This document shows, in pieces, positions 9,594 to 19,749 of a stretch of DNA of 21,202 bases. Origin of the DNA: Psammoneis japonica. Its lineage: Eukaryota. A model generated the notes under the pieces. The model saw only the letters and a program-made list of their open reading frames with translations, ran no database searches and had not been told where the DNA came from. Made by a program: the position numbers and the translations under genes. Position 1 is the stretch's first letter. Each line of letters begins with the position of its first letter. The stretch is from the NCBI GenBank assembly GCA_008632985.1, contig QPGO01000191.1, positions 124,001 to 145,202 on the forward strand, read 5' to 3'.

Positions 9594-12170
9594 AGTGGCG
9601 ATGGGCTCATTGCGGCGGTGCACATTAAGGGCGGGGTTGGGTGATTTGCAGGCCTTCCTGAGGTGTGTGCCGGCAGGCATGTGGGCGCACTGCGTGGTGC
9701 CGTCGAAAGCACGACGAACCGTGTCGGCAGGTTGGAAGCCAAAGCAAGGCCGAAGAGACTCGAAGGGGGGGTCCTTGGGCTGCACAGTGCGCTCCAGGGG
9801 CGGAACGTCGTCGTCCTTGGGGTCAATCGCGTGCAGATGACACTCGTAGAACATGTCGTCATTCGGAATGAGATGGTCATCGAGGGCGGACGCGTGATCG
9901 GCAGACAAGGAGGCGGACATGATGGTCTTGTTGACAATGACACGATGACGGCAGTTGCCGTGTTCGTCAAATGGGTTGGCAGTGGGATCATCCTGTGGGT
10001 CAGAGATCGCGTCGCACCACTGGTCGTCATCAGTGACAGAGTGATCGAGGACGGAAGGATCCCATGTGTCATCACCGGCAAGGATGACATGGGGCAGGGT
10101 GTCCCATTTGGCATCAGTGCAAGGTCGCATGGCAACACAAGGCAGGCCGCCCTTGACGTCAATTGGGGTGACACAGCCATCAGGGGTGGCAATGCGTTGC
10201 AAGCCATTGGGCACCTTGACAGAGCAATCGTTGACATCCTGTTTGCACCATTTGAGCTGGCCACAGGAGTGAATGGTCTTGCCCTTTCCCGTGTGTGCGT
10301 GCTGATGGAGGATGGCGATGACGGGACCACGCTGTGTCTCAATGATGGCACCAGTGGTGACAATGGGGATGTCCACCAATTGATGGTCGTCAATGCCCTG
10401 AACGTCGACTTGGTGAGAGGTGCGTGCAATGACGCGGACGTCGTCACCAGCAATGCCGCCATTGGCCCCACGATCAACTGGAGCACCAGTGCGTGTGGAG
10501 CGATGAGCGGAGGCAGAGCAAATGACATTGTGGTTGTTGACGCGGTGGCAAGTGCGGCCATCAAGTTCCATGTCATCGGCAGGAGCGGGCAAGGTAGAGG
10601 GAGCGGCGGATGGCCCCGGTCGACCAGCGTTGGGGGCTTGGTTGGGAGACAACAGGCATTGCAGATCACCGGGTGGCAGTGGCTTGCACTTGGTGAGGTG
10701 CGCCAGGATGGGATTGTCTGAAGTGGCGCCCACATTTGGAGCGGGGTCACCAGAGTCAGCAGGAGTCGTGTTGGACAAGTTGACATCACCGTCGCTCCCA
10801 AGGTGTTGGTCGTGAAGGTTGGCCGTAACGGACTCATGGCAGTTGCTGGCTCGCGGGTTGCGGGGAGGCGGATGAGAATGCTCAAGGATGATTGCCTTGG
10901 AGGAATGGGGCAACGAATCCCAAATCCGTTGGTGGTCGGGAGGGAGACGTTTCCATTGGTCACCGGCGAGGCTGGGACCGCAGGTGCAGGCAGCATCAGC
11001 CTGAAGGACGTCAATGTCGCTGTCGATGTCACAGAACACATCATCGGACGGTTCCTCGGAGTGGACGTCATGTGCGCACATGGCATGTCGGGGAGCTCGA
11101 GGTGTCATCTTGGGTTGAAACGCACTGTCGCATTGAGCCGCCACGGAGAGGAGCAAGCCACAATGTTGATCGCATGTGAGGCTCTTGCCACTCTGCATGC
11201 GATGCTGATCAGCTTGGTTCTTGACAGCACGGAGTTCCTCAACAGGATGTGCGGCATTCTTGAGCATGACATGCTTCTGTCCTTTAGAGAAGTGGTCGCT
11301 GGCCGGGATGAGTGCCTCGCACTTGCGCAACTGATCTTGCCAACAAAGGATGAACCTGTGGGTCGGACCTTTCCAAGTGCCATCACCAAGACGTGCGGTG
11401 GTGAGGCACGTGAGCAAGGTGGAGGACTCGACAGATGCGCGGGTGGAGGCGAGCGCATGCTCGGACAAGGCGCGGCAGACAGTCTGGGCGTCAGAAGACC
11501 CCACATTTTCGTGAATGAGAGCCTTGCCCTTGTCAGTGAGAAGGATGCGTTTGAAGATGGCGAACATGTGCTTTTGCTGTTCAGCAAAGAGCAGTTTGTC
11601 TTCGGGGCTGGTCGGTTTGTACGACGAGTCTAGAGTGCACTCGACGTCTTGGGCATGGGCTTGTGCCACAAGTGAGGTGTGCCAAGTGTGCCACTGCTTG
11701 TTGGATTTGAGAGCCGTGAAAGCAGTGGGGTCACGCTTGATGCCTCGCTTGAAGTCTCTCACCGGGTCGCGTGCCTTGGTCGGGTTGGTGACATGCGGAG
11801 GTGCAAGGGGCAAGCTGCCGACGGATGCAGAAGACATGCAGTCGGGGCTGAGGCGGCAGGCAAGGAACTCCTCATGCGTGAACAACGAGGAGTCATTGGC
11901 AACATCAAGACCTTTGTGTGCTTTGACAATGCACAGACTGACTAGAGCTGCTAACATGTTCTTACAACCACAGGGCAAAGGGATCACATTAGCGCCGTCA
12001 TCACACTCAAGCGAGTCGATTTGGGACGGTGTGAACGTGAACAGTTCTTGATGCGAGTCCGTGCCGCCGTGGGTCAAAGCCAAACGAAGAGGGCTCCCAG
12101 CACCTTGGGCAAGCACGGTTCCAACAACGTGCTCAAAACCATCGGTTTGTTGCTGACGAGTGAGAACCAT
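9594..12170 (-). pseudogene. gag-pol: Copia gag-protease and integrase N-terminus; integrase catalytic core deleted
   Basis: Gag-region motif FKRGIKRDPTAF. Protease-like VDRGANGGIAG at ~10447-10478. LHQHAHTGKGKTIHS.GQL and WDTLPHVILAGD..WDPSVLD. PALNVHRRNEPIAT breaks off just before the expected first integrase Asp. ATG at 12170. Confidence 0.9.
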
Positions 12171-13108
12171 GGCAGACAAAAGTGGTGTCAGGACAAGCGA
12201 TTCTTGTTGGGACGCGAAGGCAGACTTGAAACTTGGGTGAGAACAGACTTCACTTGAAATGGACTTGACTTGAAATCTTGAACCACCTTAAAATCAGAAG
12301 TCGCCAGGCTGTGCCACCCCGTTCGTTGTCAAGTGCCAAACTTCCTGTCCGGTCCGTAGAGTTGTGCCGGCACGTCCGAACCCGCAGCCAGCGGCGCTTT
12401 GGGTTGCTTGCGAGCGGAGCAGCGGGTTGTAAACCCCTGCAGGTGAGCTGACTAGAGGTGGACAAGACCCCCGAACCGTTCTCATTTTATGTTGGTTGGA
12501 TTTCCCGATCAGACTGGCCAGTTGACGCAGGCGTCAGGCGCTGTGGACAAACGAACAAACGCGGGAAAAAACACCCTCGCCCCAACGTAGGCTGCAATCA
12601 CAGCTGCTTGCTCTCACAGTCGTCCTCGTGGACCCAGCAGAACTGTGGAGCACCAGTGGTCCGGGGTAGATCAGGTGCAATGGACTCGGTGTGCTTGTAG
12701 AGTGGCAGCAAAGCCGCAGTCCAAAGAGTGAGCACAAGTTCTTGGCCGTGAAGACATGCACATGTGTGTGTCTTCAGCGACGAAGATCCTTGAATGTGCA
12801 GGGTTCTTGACCGTCAACCGTTGAATGGGTGTGTCAAGGGATGAGGATCAAGGACAGACTTGGATGTGACCATTGAATGCATGTCTTCAGCGACAAAAGG
12901 CAGCACAATCAATCCAGATGTCCAGCGGCAAGGAGACTTGACGGTGACGTTAAATTCCTGCCGATGCCTGGTGTTGAATGCGCGCAGACTTGCCGATGCA
13001 TGTAGAACATGTACGGAGGTCCACGCAGAATTGAAATGGCGTCGTCGGCAAATCAACGACGACGATGGCGGTTGCTCAATGGGTTGACAATGAGCAAGAC
13101 TGTCAATC

Positions 13109-13384
13109 TGACAGAAATCGAAGGCAAATGGCAAGAATTCAAACAATGACTCCTTGCTGCTGTCTAAACAGCAGATGAGTCTCCGCTCAGAGACCGTCAC
13201 AGGAGCCGAAAGACGTGCAAGTCGGTGCAATCGGGCCACTGTTGTCATTCTTGTGAGCCTTGTGGCTCGAAAGCAAACTGCATTGCGCGCGAACGCGTGG
13301 AACCAAAGCACACAAAACTGTGTGCGGCAAACCAAACAGTGCACGACATTTCGCGCGCACCTGAATCTTGCTCAAATCCTGTCA
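13109..13384 (-). repeat. 5' LTR (276 bp)
   Basis: Matches 3034-3309 with ~24 substitutions (manual count); followed by the TSD GTGCC. Confidence 0.97.
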
Positions 13385-14749
13385 GTGCCCACGTCAGAGA
13401 TTGTCCAAACCATGCCCCTCGGACTCACATGGATGGAGCAGGTGCAACATCGACTTCAGCTCCGACAACTGTTTGCACTTTGATGCCTTGAGATGTTCTT
13501 GATGTCGAATTTGGAAAGTCCGATTCTCTTGGCCAGCCCCGAACACTTTCCCACTGCGTGTCCAGCCTTCGACATTGACAGCATCCCGAAACAAGCAGCA
13601 GCCCATGGGACTTGGATTGCAGCCCTCGTGAGTCAACTCAAATGCACCCTGCTGTGGAGATGCTAGAAGGTGTGAATCAGATTTCACACAAGACATGTCA
13701 GTCTTGACATGTCCAGCTGGCACAACCAATGCGCAAAGTGCTGGGAGGTTCTCCTCGAATGCCCGCAGCACAAAGTGAAAGTGACAGTCTTCATTGGGAA
13801 TGTGCAGCTGCTTCATGTGATGGAATCACTGTTTCACAAGCGGCACCATCAACTCTTCCCTGCCCTGCCCTTGGAGTTGTGGTGCTCCACCATCCTTCAT
13901 CGCCACGGCTTTGTTGCTGTCATGAACGGGCCCACCATTGTGGCCAACCTTTGCACGCATGGCATCTGTGAACGGCACGCAAATGTGCATTTTGTGCCAG
14001 GCAAAGAAAGCTTGCTCCACGTCAGATTCTTTCCAATGCAGGGGGCACTCTCATCCCGTCGCTGCACTTTTTGACTTTCTCATTCAACGTGGACTTCTTG
14101 ACAGGCACACAGCCCTTCTCGATCATTTGAGCTTTAAAAGCTCCCAAATTCCGGTGTCCAGATTTCTTCACCTGAACAATGGCTTCTGTCGCCTCAGCCG
14201 GTGTGTGTTGAAATCCATTGAGGGGACGTGGTGCCTTGATCCCCCCATCCCGTCCAATGACAGTCCTGGCAGCACCAGTTTTCGATTCTTTGTTTTCGTC
14301 GCCATTGTGCTTCGCTCCTGCCGTCACCAAGTTGGAGCCGAAGTTTTGCATCTCACGAAATGCACGATTCTTTTTCTGCAACGATCGATCATTTCTCTCC
14401 TCCTCACACATGTCTTTCTCTTCCTCTCTTTTTCAAGTTAACTGCTGGCATTGTTTCCGCGCTTGAACGATGTCACATTTGCTGCTGCTCGTGTCAGTGA
14501 GGTCGAACCTTCTTTGAGTTTCTGTGAAACAACAAAGAAATCTTTGAGCATTTTTGACAGCTTCTCCTTGTCTCCCTTTGAAGACCCCAACTCCACAGAT
14601 TCTAACACATTCGCGCGCGTTTCAAGAAGTGTTCCAGCATTTTTCACAAGCACGCCAACCTCAAAAATCTTTGATGTCTTCACTGCATCATTGCGTCCAC
14701 CACAGGAAAGAGACACTCCTGCACTCGACATGGTCGCGATGGCACCAAT
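13385..14749 (-). pseudogene. Degenerate, internally deleted transposon-like ORF with a GIY-YIG-like C-terminal domain (host of the copia insertion)
   Basis: Broken reading frames 14438-14731, 14022-14411 (PRPLNGFQHTPAE...MIEKGCVPVKKSTL, helical DNA-binding-like), 13826-14020 (DGGAPQL) and 13394-13816 (GCCLFRD...WTRSGK...FQIRHQEH). Continues in frame at 3033. Domain names are inference. Confidence 0.55.
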
Positions 14750-15117
14750 CTGAAATGTAAAGTGAGGGAAAATGTCAGTTTTTTTTTCATTTTCGTTTGA
14801 ACATAAAAAGCACGACTAATTCAAATTCAAAACAGTCATGGTTGACAAGACTCGAACTGTCATGTCCAAGTCATCAATGAGACTTGCCACTGTTCACTGC
14901 ATTGCGGGGCCAGCTGGTGACAAATTGACTGTCACAGCTGAGTTTGCGTCCAGTGCTGTGAAAGCTGTTGTTGGCAAGCAAGCTGAAGCTCAAGAAGGCC
15001 TTGAGGGAACAGAGCAACAAGGCAGAACACACGGTCAATTTGGGCTTGCCTTGAGAGAATGTTGCAGCTGGCAACAAAATGCAACGTCTCACATTCAGCC
15101 AGCAAGCCTGTCATTCA

Positions 15118-15242
15118 GTCGGCGGGTTGGCTGGTCCGTTGGTTGGTTGGTCGGCTGGTCGGCTGGTTGGCTGGTCAGCTGGTTGGTTGGTCGGTTGGTC
15201 AGTTGGTTGGTTGGTTGGTCGGTTGGTCGGTTGGTCGGTTGG
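15118..15242. repeat. Degenerate (GGTT/GGTC/GGCT)n tetranucleotide tract
   Basis: Read directly; ends exactly at the duplication junction. Confidence 0.9.
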
Positions 15243-15964
15243 TCTCCTCCTCACACATGTCTTTCTCTTCCTCTCTTTTTCAAGTTGACTGCTGGCATTG
15301 TTTCTGCGCTTGAACGATGTCACATTTGCTGCTGCTCGTGTCAGTGAGGTCGAACCTTCTTTGAGTTTCTGTGAAACAACAAAGAAATCTTTGAGCATTT
15401 TTGACAGCTTCTCCTTGTCTCCCTTTGAAGACCCCAACTCCACAGATTCTAACACATTCGCGCGCGCTTCAAGAAGTGTTCCGGCATTTTTCACAAGCGC
15501 GCCAACCTCAAAAATCTTTGATGTCTTCACTGCATCATTGCGTCCACCACGGGAAAGAGACACTCCTGCACTCGACATGGTCGCGATGGCACCAATCTGA
15601 AATGTAAAGTGAGGGAAAATGTCAGTTTTTTTTTCATTTTCGTTTGAACATAAAAAGCACGACTAATTCAAATTCAAAACAGTCATGGTTGACAAGACTT
15701 GAACTGTCATGTCCAAGTCATCAATGAGACTTGCCACTGTTCACTGCATTGCGGGGCCAGCTGGTGACAAATTGACTGTCACAGCTGAGTTTGCATCCAG
15801 TGCTGTGAAAGCTGTTGTTGGCAAGCAAGCTGAAGCTCAAGAAGGCCTTGAGGGAACGGAGCAAAGAGGCAGAACACATGGTCAATTTGGGCTTGCCTTG
15901 AGAGAATGTTGCAGCTGGCAACAAAATGCAGCGTCTCACATTCAGCCAGCAAGCCAGTCATTCA

Positions 15965-16065
15965 GTCGGCAGGTTGGCTGGTCCGTTGGTTGGTTGGTCG
16001 GCTGGTCGGCTGGTTGGTTGGTCGGTTGGTCGGTTGGTCGGTTGGTCCGTTGGTTGGTTGGTTGG
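15965..16065. repeat. Degenerate (GGTT/GGTC/GGCT)n tetranucleotide tract, second copy
   Basis: Read directly. Confidence 0.9.
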
Positions 16066-16373
16066 CGATGAAGGTTTGGCCACTTTGAGCACTTCTGAGG
16101 CTCAAAAAAGGGTCAGGGGATGCGCTCCAGCTCTTTTTTGGATCGTGCTGTGTGTTGTGCACGTGTGTTTCTACGTGACTTTGGTGGAATTGTGCATCAT
16201 TTTGCAGTGCAATTGCTGGGTGATCCATTCAACAGTTTTTGACATTTTTTTCTTCTGTGTCATTTGCAAATGCATTGAGAATGGCGCAGGGCAGGCAGAT
16301 TGCCAAAAACTTTGAGTGTGGACAGGCACAAATGCACTTGAAGATGAAAATGTCCACCAATGAAATTCTTGCA

Positions 16374-16976
16374 CTGCAGAGCTCGCACGCAGAATTCTGC
16401 GGGCCGAGTGTCACAAAACATCCCACCCAGGACTGGAACCCNNNNNNNNNNNNNNNNNNNNNNNNNNNNNNNNNNNNNNNNNNNNNNNNNNNNNNNNNNN
16501 NNNNNNNNNNNNNNNNNNNNNNNNNNNNNNNNNNNNNNNNNNNNNNNNNNNNNNNNNNNNNNNNNNNNNNNNNNNNNNNNNNNNNNNNNNNNNNNNNNNN
16601 NNNNNNNNNNNNNNNNNNNNNNNNNNNNNNNNNNNNNNNNNNNNNNNNNNNNNNNNNNNNNNNNNNNNNNNNNNNNNNNNNNNNNNNNNNACCAACCAAC
16701 CAACCAACCAACCAACCAACCAACCAACCAACCAACCAACCAAGAGACGCAACTTGATGTCCAGCAATGAAGAAATGAGATGGGGCACAGCAATTGCCCC
16801 ATGAAGAATGTTGGTGCACTCTTCAACACCAACACATTCCAGCTGAGTGCCAATCACATTGAAAATGTGGCGCTGTGAATGGAGTCAACAACAGGACCAG
16901 CGGCCGATGGGTTCCAGTCCCAGGTGGGACTTTTTGTGACATTGGGCCCGCAGAATTCTGCGTGCGAGCTCCGCAG
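16374..16976. mobile_element. Non-autonomous TIR element (MITE-like) with probable TA TSD, enclosing (ACCA)n and a 49-bp satellite motif
   Basis: 16374-16441 and 16908-16976 are ~68-bp imperfect inverted repeats (CTGC.GAGCTCGCACGCAGAATTCTGCGGGCC...ACTGGAACCC). Flanks are CA (16372-16373) and TA (16977-16978). The interior contains an assembly gap, so length is uncertain. Confidence 0.65.
16442..16690. other. Assembly gap (N run)
   Basis: Run of n. Confidence 1.
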
Positions 16977-17516
16977 TAAAATTGTCAAGCAATGGATGTG
17001 TGAATGATCGCCAACAGAAAAAGAGGCAATTTTGTGAACGTGTCTCCTCCTCCACACTTGAAGTGCATTCTTTGCAGCATGCCCGGGCACATTCTTTAGA
17101 CTCCAATCAAGTGACAGCCACAGCAATGCATCCAAGCCAAAAGAGTGCAACCCACTCAATCTTCTTCTCAAGAGGTTTGAAATCCTTTTTTGAAAAGTTC
17201 CTTGGACAAATGAGTGTGGGAAGAACCAGTGGATCTCACCGTGAAAAATCTGATGCAATTCTGCAATGCGTGAGAACCTTCTCCCATCACAGGCTTTGGC
17301 AGCACCCATTTGAAAGAAATCTTTCCAATTGCCAGAGATTGAAGTCTTGGCGCCAATCGCGCCAGATGCCCGTTTGCGGCCCACACATGGGCCGCAAATT
17401 TTTTCAAATCTTCAACGATGCAGACAATCGATGAATTGACCCCACAGTCGAATTGTCCATGCCCGAAAACATGGGAGTCGACACTTCATCTGTTGAAAAA
17501 GTCCCAGTGGTTGCTG

Positions 17517-17962
17517 TGCAGCATGCGTGCAGACAAAAGGTTATTTTGTCACGCCCTTTGTGACGTTTGAAGGCTGCAACACGTCGCCGTGACACATTGG
17601 CTCTCATTGGCAGCTGTGTGTTGCACTCCTCCCCATGTGTCGCGCATCCACATGGCTCTTCACTGATGTGTGCTGACACTGCACGGTTTTGGCGGAACAG
17701 TGTGGGTGCGCGTGAAGGAACATGCAGAACTGCACAGAGTTTTTACGCGTTCGACAGTGATCAACGTTGCTGCAGACAACTCCCACTCAGGGTTTCGAAA
17801 CCCTGGCCTCCTGCCCAATGGTTGCGATGAACCACTCCGCTGTGAATTCACAATGCAGCGTGCATGCAGACAAAAGGTCATTTTGTCACGCCCTTTGTGA
17901 CATTCAAAGGCTGCAACACGTCGCCGTGATGCATTGACTCTTGTCAGCAGCTGTGTGTTGCA
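17517..17962. repeat. 109-bp direct repeat pair (17517-17625, 17854-17962) in the left subterminal region
   Basis: Ungapped alignment differing only by transitions; each copy has small hairpins gacaaaa..ttttgtc and gtcac..gtgac. Confidence 0.92.
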
Positions 17963-18018
17963 GCCTCTAAAATGTGTGTGCATTTTCGCGCATTTTTTCG
18001 CCGATTTCTCCCTCCGCC

Positions 18019-18702
18019 ATGGCGGACCCTACGGCGGGCCACACCGGTGAAGGACATTCGCTCCATCAATCTCGGACGCCTGACAACATCGTCAGAGAAG
18101 TGCTGGATGTGTCAGCATTGCTTGCAGCGGGAACGGACATGCCTTTTTCGCCTGTTCAAGACATGCCGCGAAATCCGGTGTCGCAGTCCACTGCCGAAGC
18201 ACCATCTGTGCCCGTGCATGCCCCCCCTCCAAGTCTTCCTGTGGAGTCGCCAGTGGCCAAGAGAGCTCGAGTGCGGCTCAGCTTTGCCAAACAAAAGTTG
18301 ATCATTTCTGACATGATGTGCTTGCATCCTCAACACCAGCTGCTCTGTTCCGCCGAGGAAAGCATCAGCGGCATGGAAGTTCACGGGCAGATGCTGGAGT
18401 GTCCTCGAAAAGCAAACGGCAATGAGTTCAATGCTGCGGCTCGTTGCACATTCATCCCGGGGTGCGATCTGACATTCGACGAGGGTGGAGTCAGCTGTCG
18501 TTCTCGTCATTGTCCCATCAGGCAATGCAACAAAGACAAGCCTGACAAATTCAGAGTGGATTTCTTCATGCTGGCGGATGCCCTTTGGTGTTTCGTGCTC
18601 CATGTTGCATCTGTTTTCTGCTCCAGTGGAGCAGATGGCAAAACAAAAACTCCATTGGAACAGTTGAGGAACGACATTTGTTCTCTGAGGAAAAACCATT
18701 AG
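18019..18702 (+). pseudogene. piggyBac-like transposase remnant (N-terminus fused by deletion to the first catalytic-Asp region)
   Basis: FIPGCDLTFDEGG..CRSRHCPIRQCNKDKPDKFRVDFFMLADA matches the piggyBac pattern PG..L..DE.....R....QY...KP.K......D with Y->C/H changes. The rest of the DDD core is missing. Confidence 0.8.
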
Positions 18703-18855
18703 AAACCAATTTCCGCAGCAATGTTGCATCCATTTTGGTGGGTCGCAAAATTGCAGCTGTTGCAAAGATGTGCACAGCATGCCAGCAGCTGATGATTTCA
18801 AGATTGGTTTGGCCAAATTAAAAAACAACTGCATGACGAGCAGCTGCTTGGTGTC

Positions 18856-19278
18856 CTGCCCACATTCTTTGAAACCCGTGCGCGGCTCTTCATGGGTTTG
18901 GGGATGCAGATCATGAATTTTATGATGAATGCAATCCGGCAGCTCAACACGTTGATGACGACCAAGGAATCCATGAAGAAGAGAAATGGACTCGTGGCAG
19001 AGAGAGAAACGGATCTGCTTGTTGCTTGGACCCGTTTCTTCTCCAACATCTCCAATCGAAACCATGCAATCACAAATGGCAGGCATGACACAGGGAGCTT
19101 CACCGCAATCACGGCAATGCACCAAGGGCGTGATTCTGCCCTTCGTTGCCTTCACTGCAGTGTTGGCATCTTTTTCGCTGTCCACAACTGCGGCGACAGC
19201 GTCGTCGGCAGGGACGAACGAAACACTCGGAATGGCCGCTTCCGAACCTTTGTCAAATGCAGCCCAGAATGATGCCAT
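18856..19278 (-). pseudogene. Small Cys-rich ORF resembling the P2X7 C-terminal (ballast) / Kolobok KolX-type domain
   Basis: C..CGEAPC...NKQIRFSLC...LHGFLGRHQRVELPDCIHHKIHDLHP....RTGFK fits the pattern N...R...Y....HG.LG...R..(L/I)P.C....I...(Y/F)P.....GF after Y->C/H restoration. ATG at 19278; the original stop is inferred (CAG from TAG at 18856-18858). Confidence 0.65.
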
Positions 19279-19691
19279 GACGGCAGCTTCAGAAATCAGA
19301 AGACGAAAAAAGCAGCCCGCAGTTGGCATCAAAATAAGAGAGACAATGGCAGAACGACAGTCAGCGACAACAAAAGGGTGCCCACATGCGTCGTCGCGCA
19401 TGTTCTGCTCACGTTCGCTGTCCATGTCAACAGAGGTCGATGCTCGATGCGAAAATGGAAGCAGTGCAAAAAATCACTTTCGACAACAAATGACAAGATG
19501 TCACATCGCTCTTGCAACGTTGATTTCCTGCGCAAAAACAACAACGAGATGAGCTTCGTTTTGAGAATTGTGGCAAATTTGCGGCCCGCATGTGGGTCGC
19601 AAAAATTTGCGATAAAAATTTTTGCCGCCCAGATGTGGGCCGCAAAATCGCGCGTTGAGCGTCTGACGTGATTGGCATCAAAAAAGAATTT

Positions 19692-19749
19692 GCACAGAAT
19701 TCTGCAAGCCGAGTGTCACAAAACGTCCCACCTGGAGCTGGAACCCATC
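19692..19749 (+). repeat. Third, partial copy of the MITE-like TIR, same orientation as 16374-16441
   Basis: gcacagaattctgcaagccgagtgtcacaaaacgtcccacctggagctggaacccatc aligns with the inner part of the other two copies. Confidence 0.8.

Larger units (their letters stand above)
3034..13384 (-). mobile_element. Ty1/copia LTR retrotransposon (CoDi-like), both ends present but degenerate
   Basis: Two 276-bp LTRs with TGACAG...CTGTCA ends. 5-bp TSD GTGCC at 3029-3033 and 13385-13389. Domain order gag-PR-(IN)-RT-RNaseH on the minus strand. PPT next to the 3' LTR. Confidence 0.97.
14396..16065. repeat. Tandem duplication with 847-bp period (14396-15242; 15243-~16065)
   Basis: Near-identical sequence starting tctcctcctcacacatgtc at 14396 and 15243. 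Duplicated ORF-track peptides are offset by 847 (14451/15298, 14554/15401). Confidence 0.95.
17351..19677 (+). mobile_element. Internally deleted piggyBac-like DNA transposon
   Basis: Degenerate terminal inverted repeats (CGCCAATCGCGCCAGATG vs reverse complement TGCCAATCACGTCAGACG, transitions only). Subterminal hairpins TTTGCGGCCC...GGGCCGCAAA at 17373-17398, 19578-19603 and 19621-19646. Flanks TTGG and TCAA are compatible with mutated TTAA. Internal piggyBac-type transposase motif. Confidence 0.7.

Noticed and set aside
8945..11633. Long alternative-frame and antisense ORFs over gag-pol (713 aa minus; 352 and 276 aa plus)
   Set aside because: Loss of TA removes TAA/TAG stops and inflates ORFs in all frames; only the last ~200 aa of the 713-aa ORF is real pol sequence.
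3322..12170. Active retrotransposon or alternative genetic code explaining the missing Tyr
   Set aside because: The integrase core is deleted, RT is interrupted and has stops. Tyr is replaced by both His and Cys codons, and non-coding repeats lose TA too, so this is mutation rather than recoding.
3034..13384. ADAR- or RT-mediated hypermutation during retrotransposition
   Set aside because: Changes are on both strands, differ between the two LTRs, and extend into DNA transposons and flanking sequence.
16372..16376. CACTG as a CACTA/EnSpm terminus
   Set aside because: The opposite end reads TACTG; a TA TSD plus a CTGC terminus, with one TA mutated to CA, is simpler.
15118..16740. Telomeric repeats
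   Set aside because: The period is 4 (GGTT/ACCA), not TTAGGG-like, and the tracts are internal and in both orientations.
16980..17346. Coding fragment between the MITE-like element and the piggyBac-like element
   Set aside because: Looks like an eroded minus-strand relic, but no family motif was recognised.
18112..19425. 437-aa minus-strand ORF as one protein
   Set aside because: Only ~18856-19278 has a recognisable motif; the rest is probable read-through of a mutated stop into the antisense of the transposase remnant.
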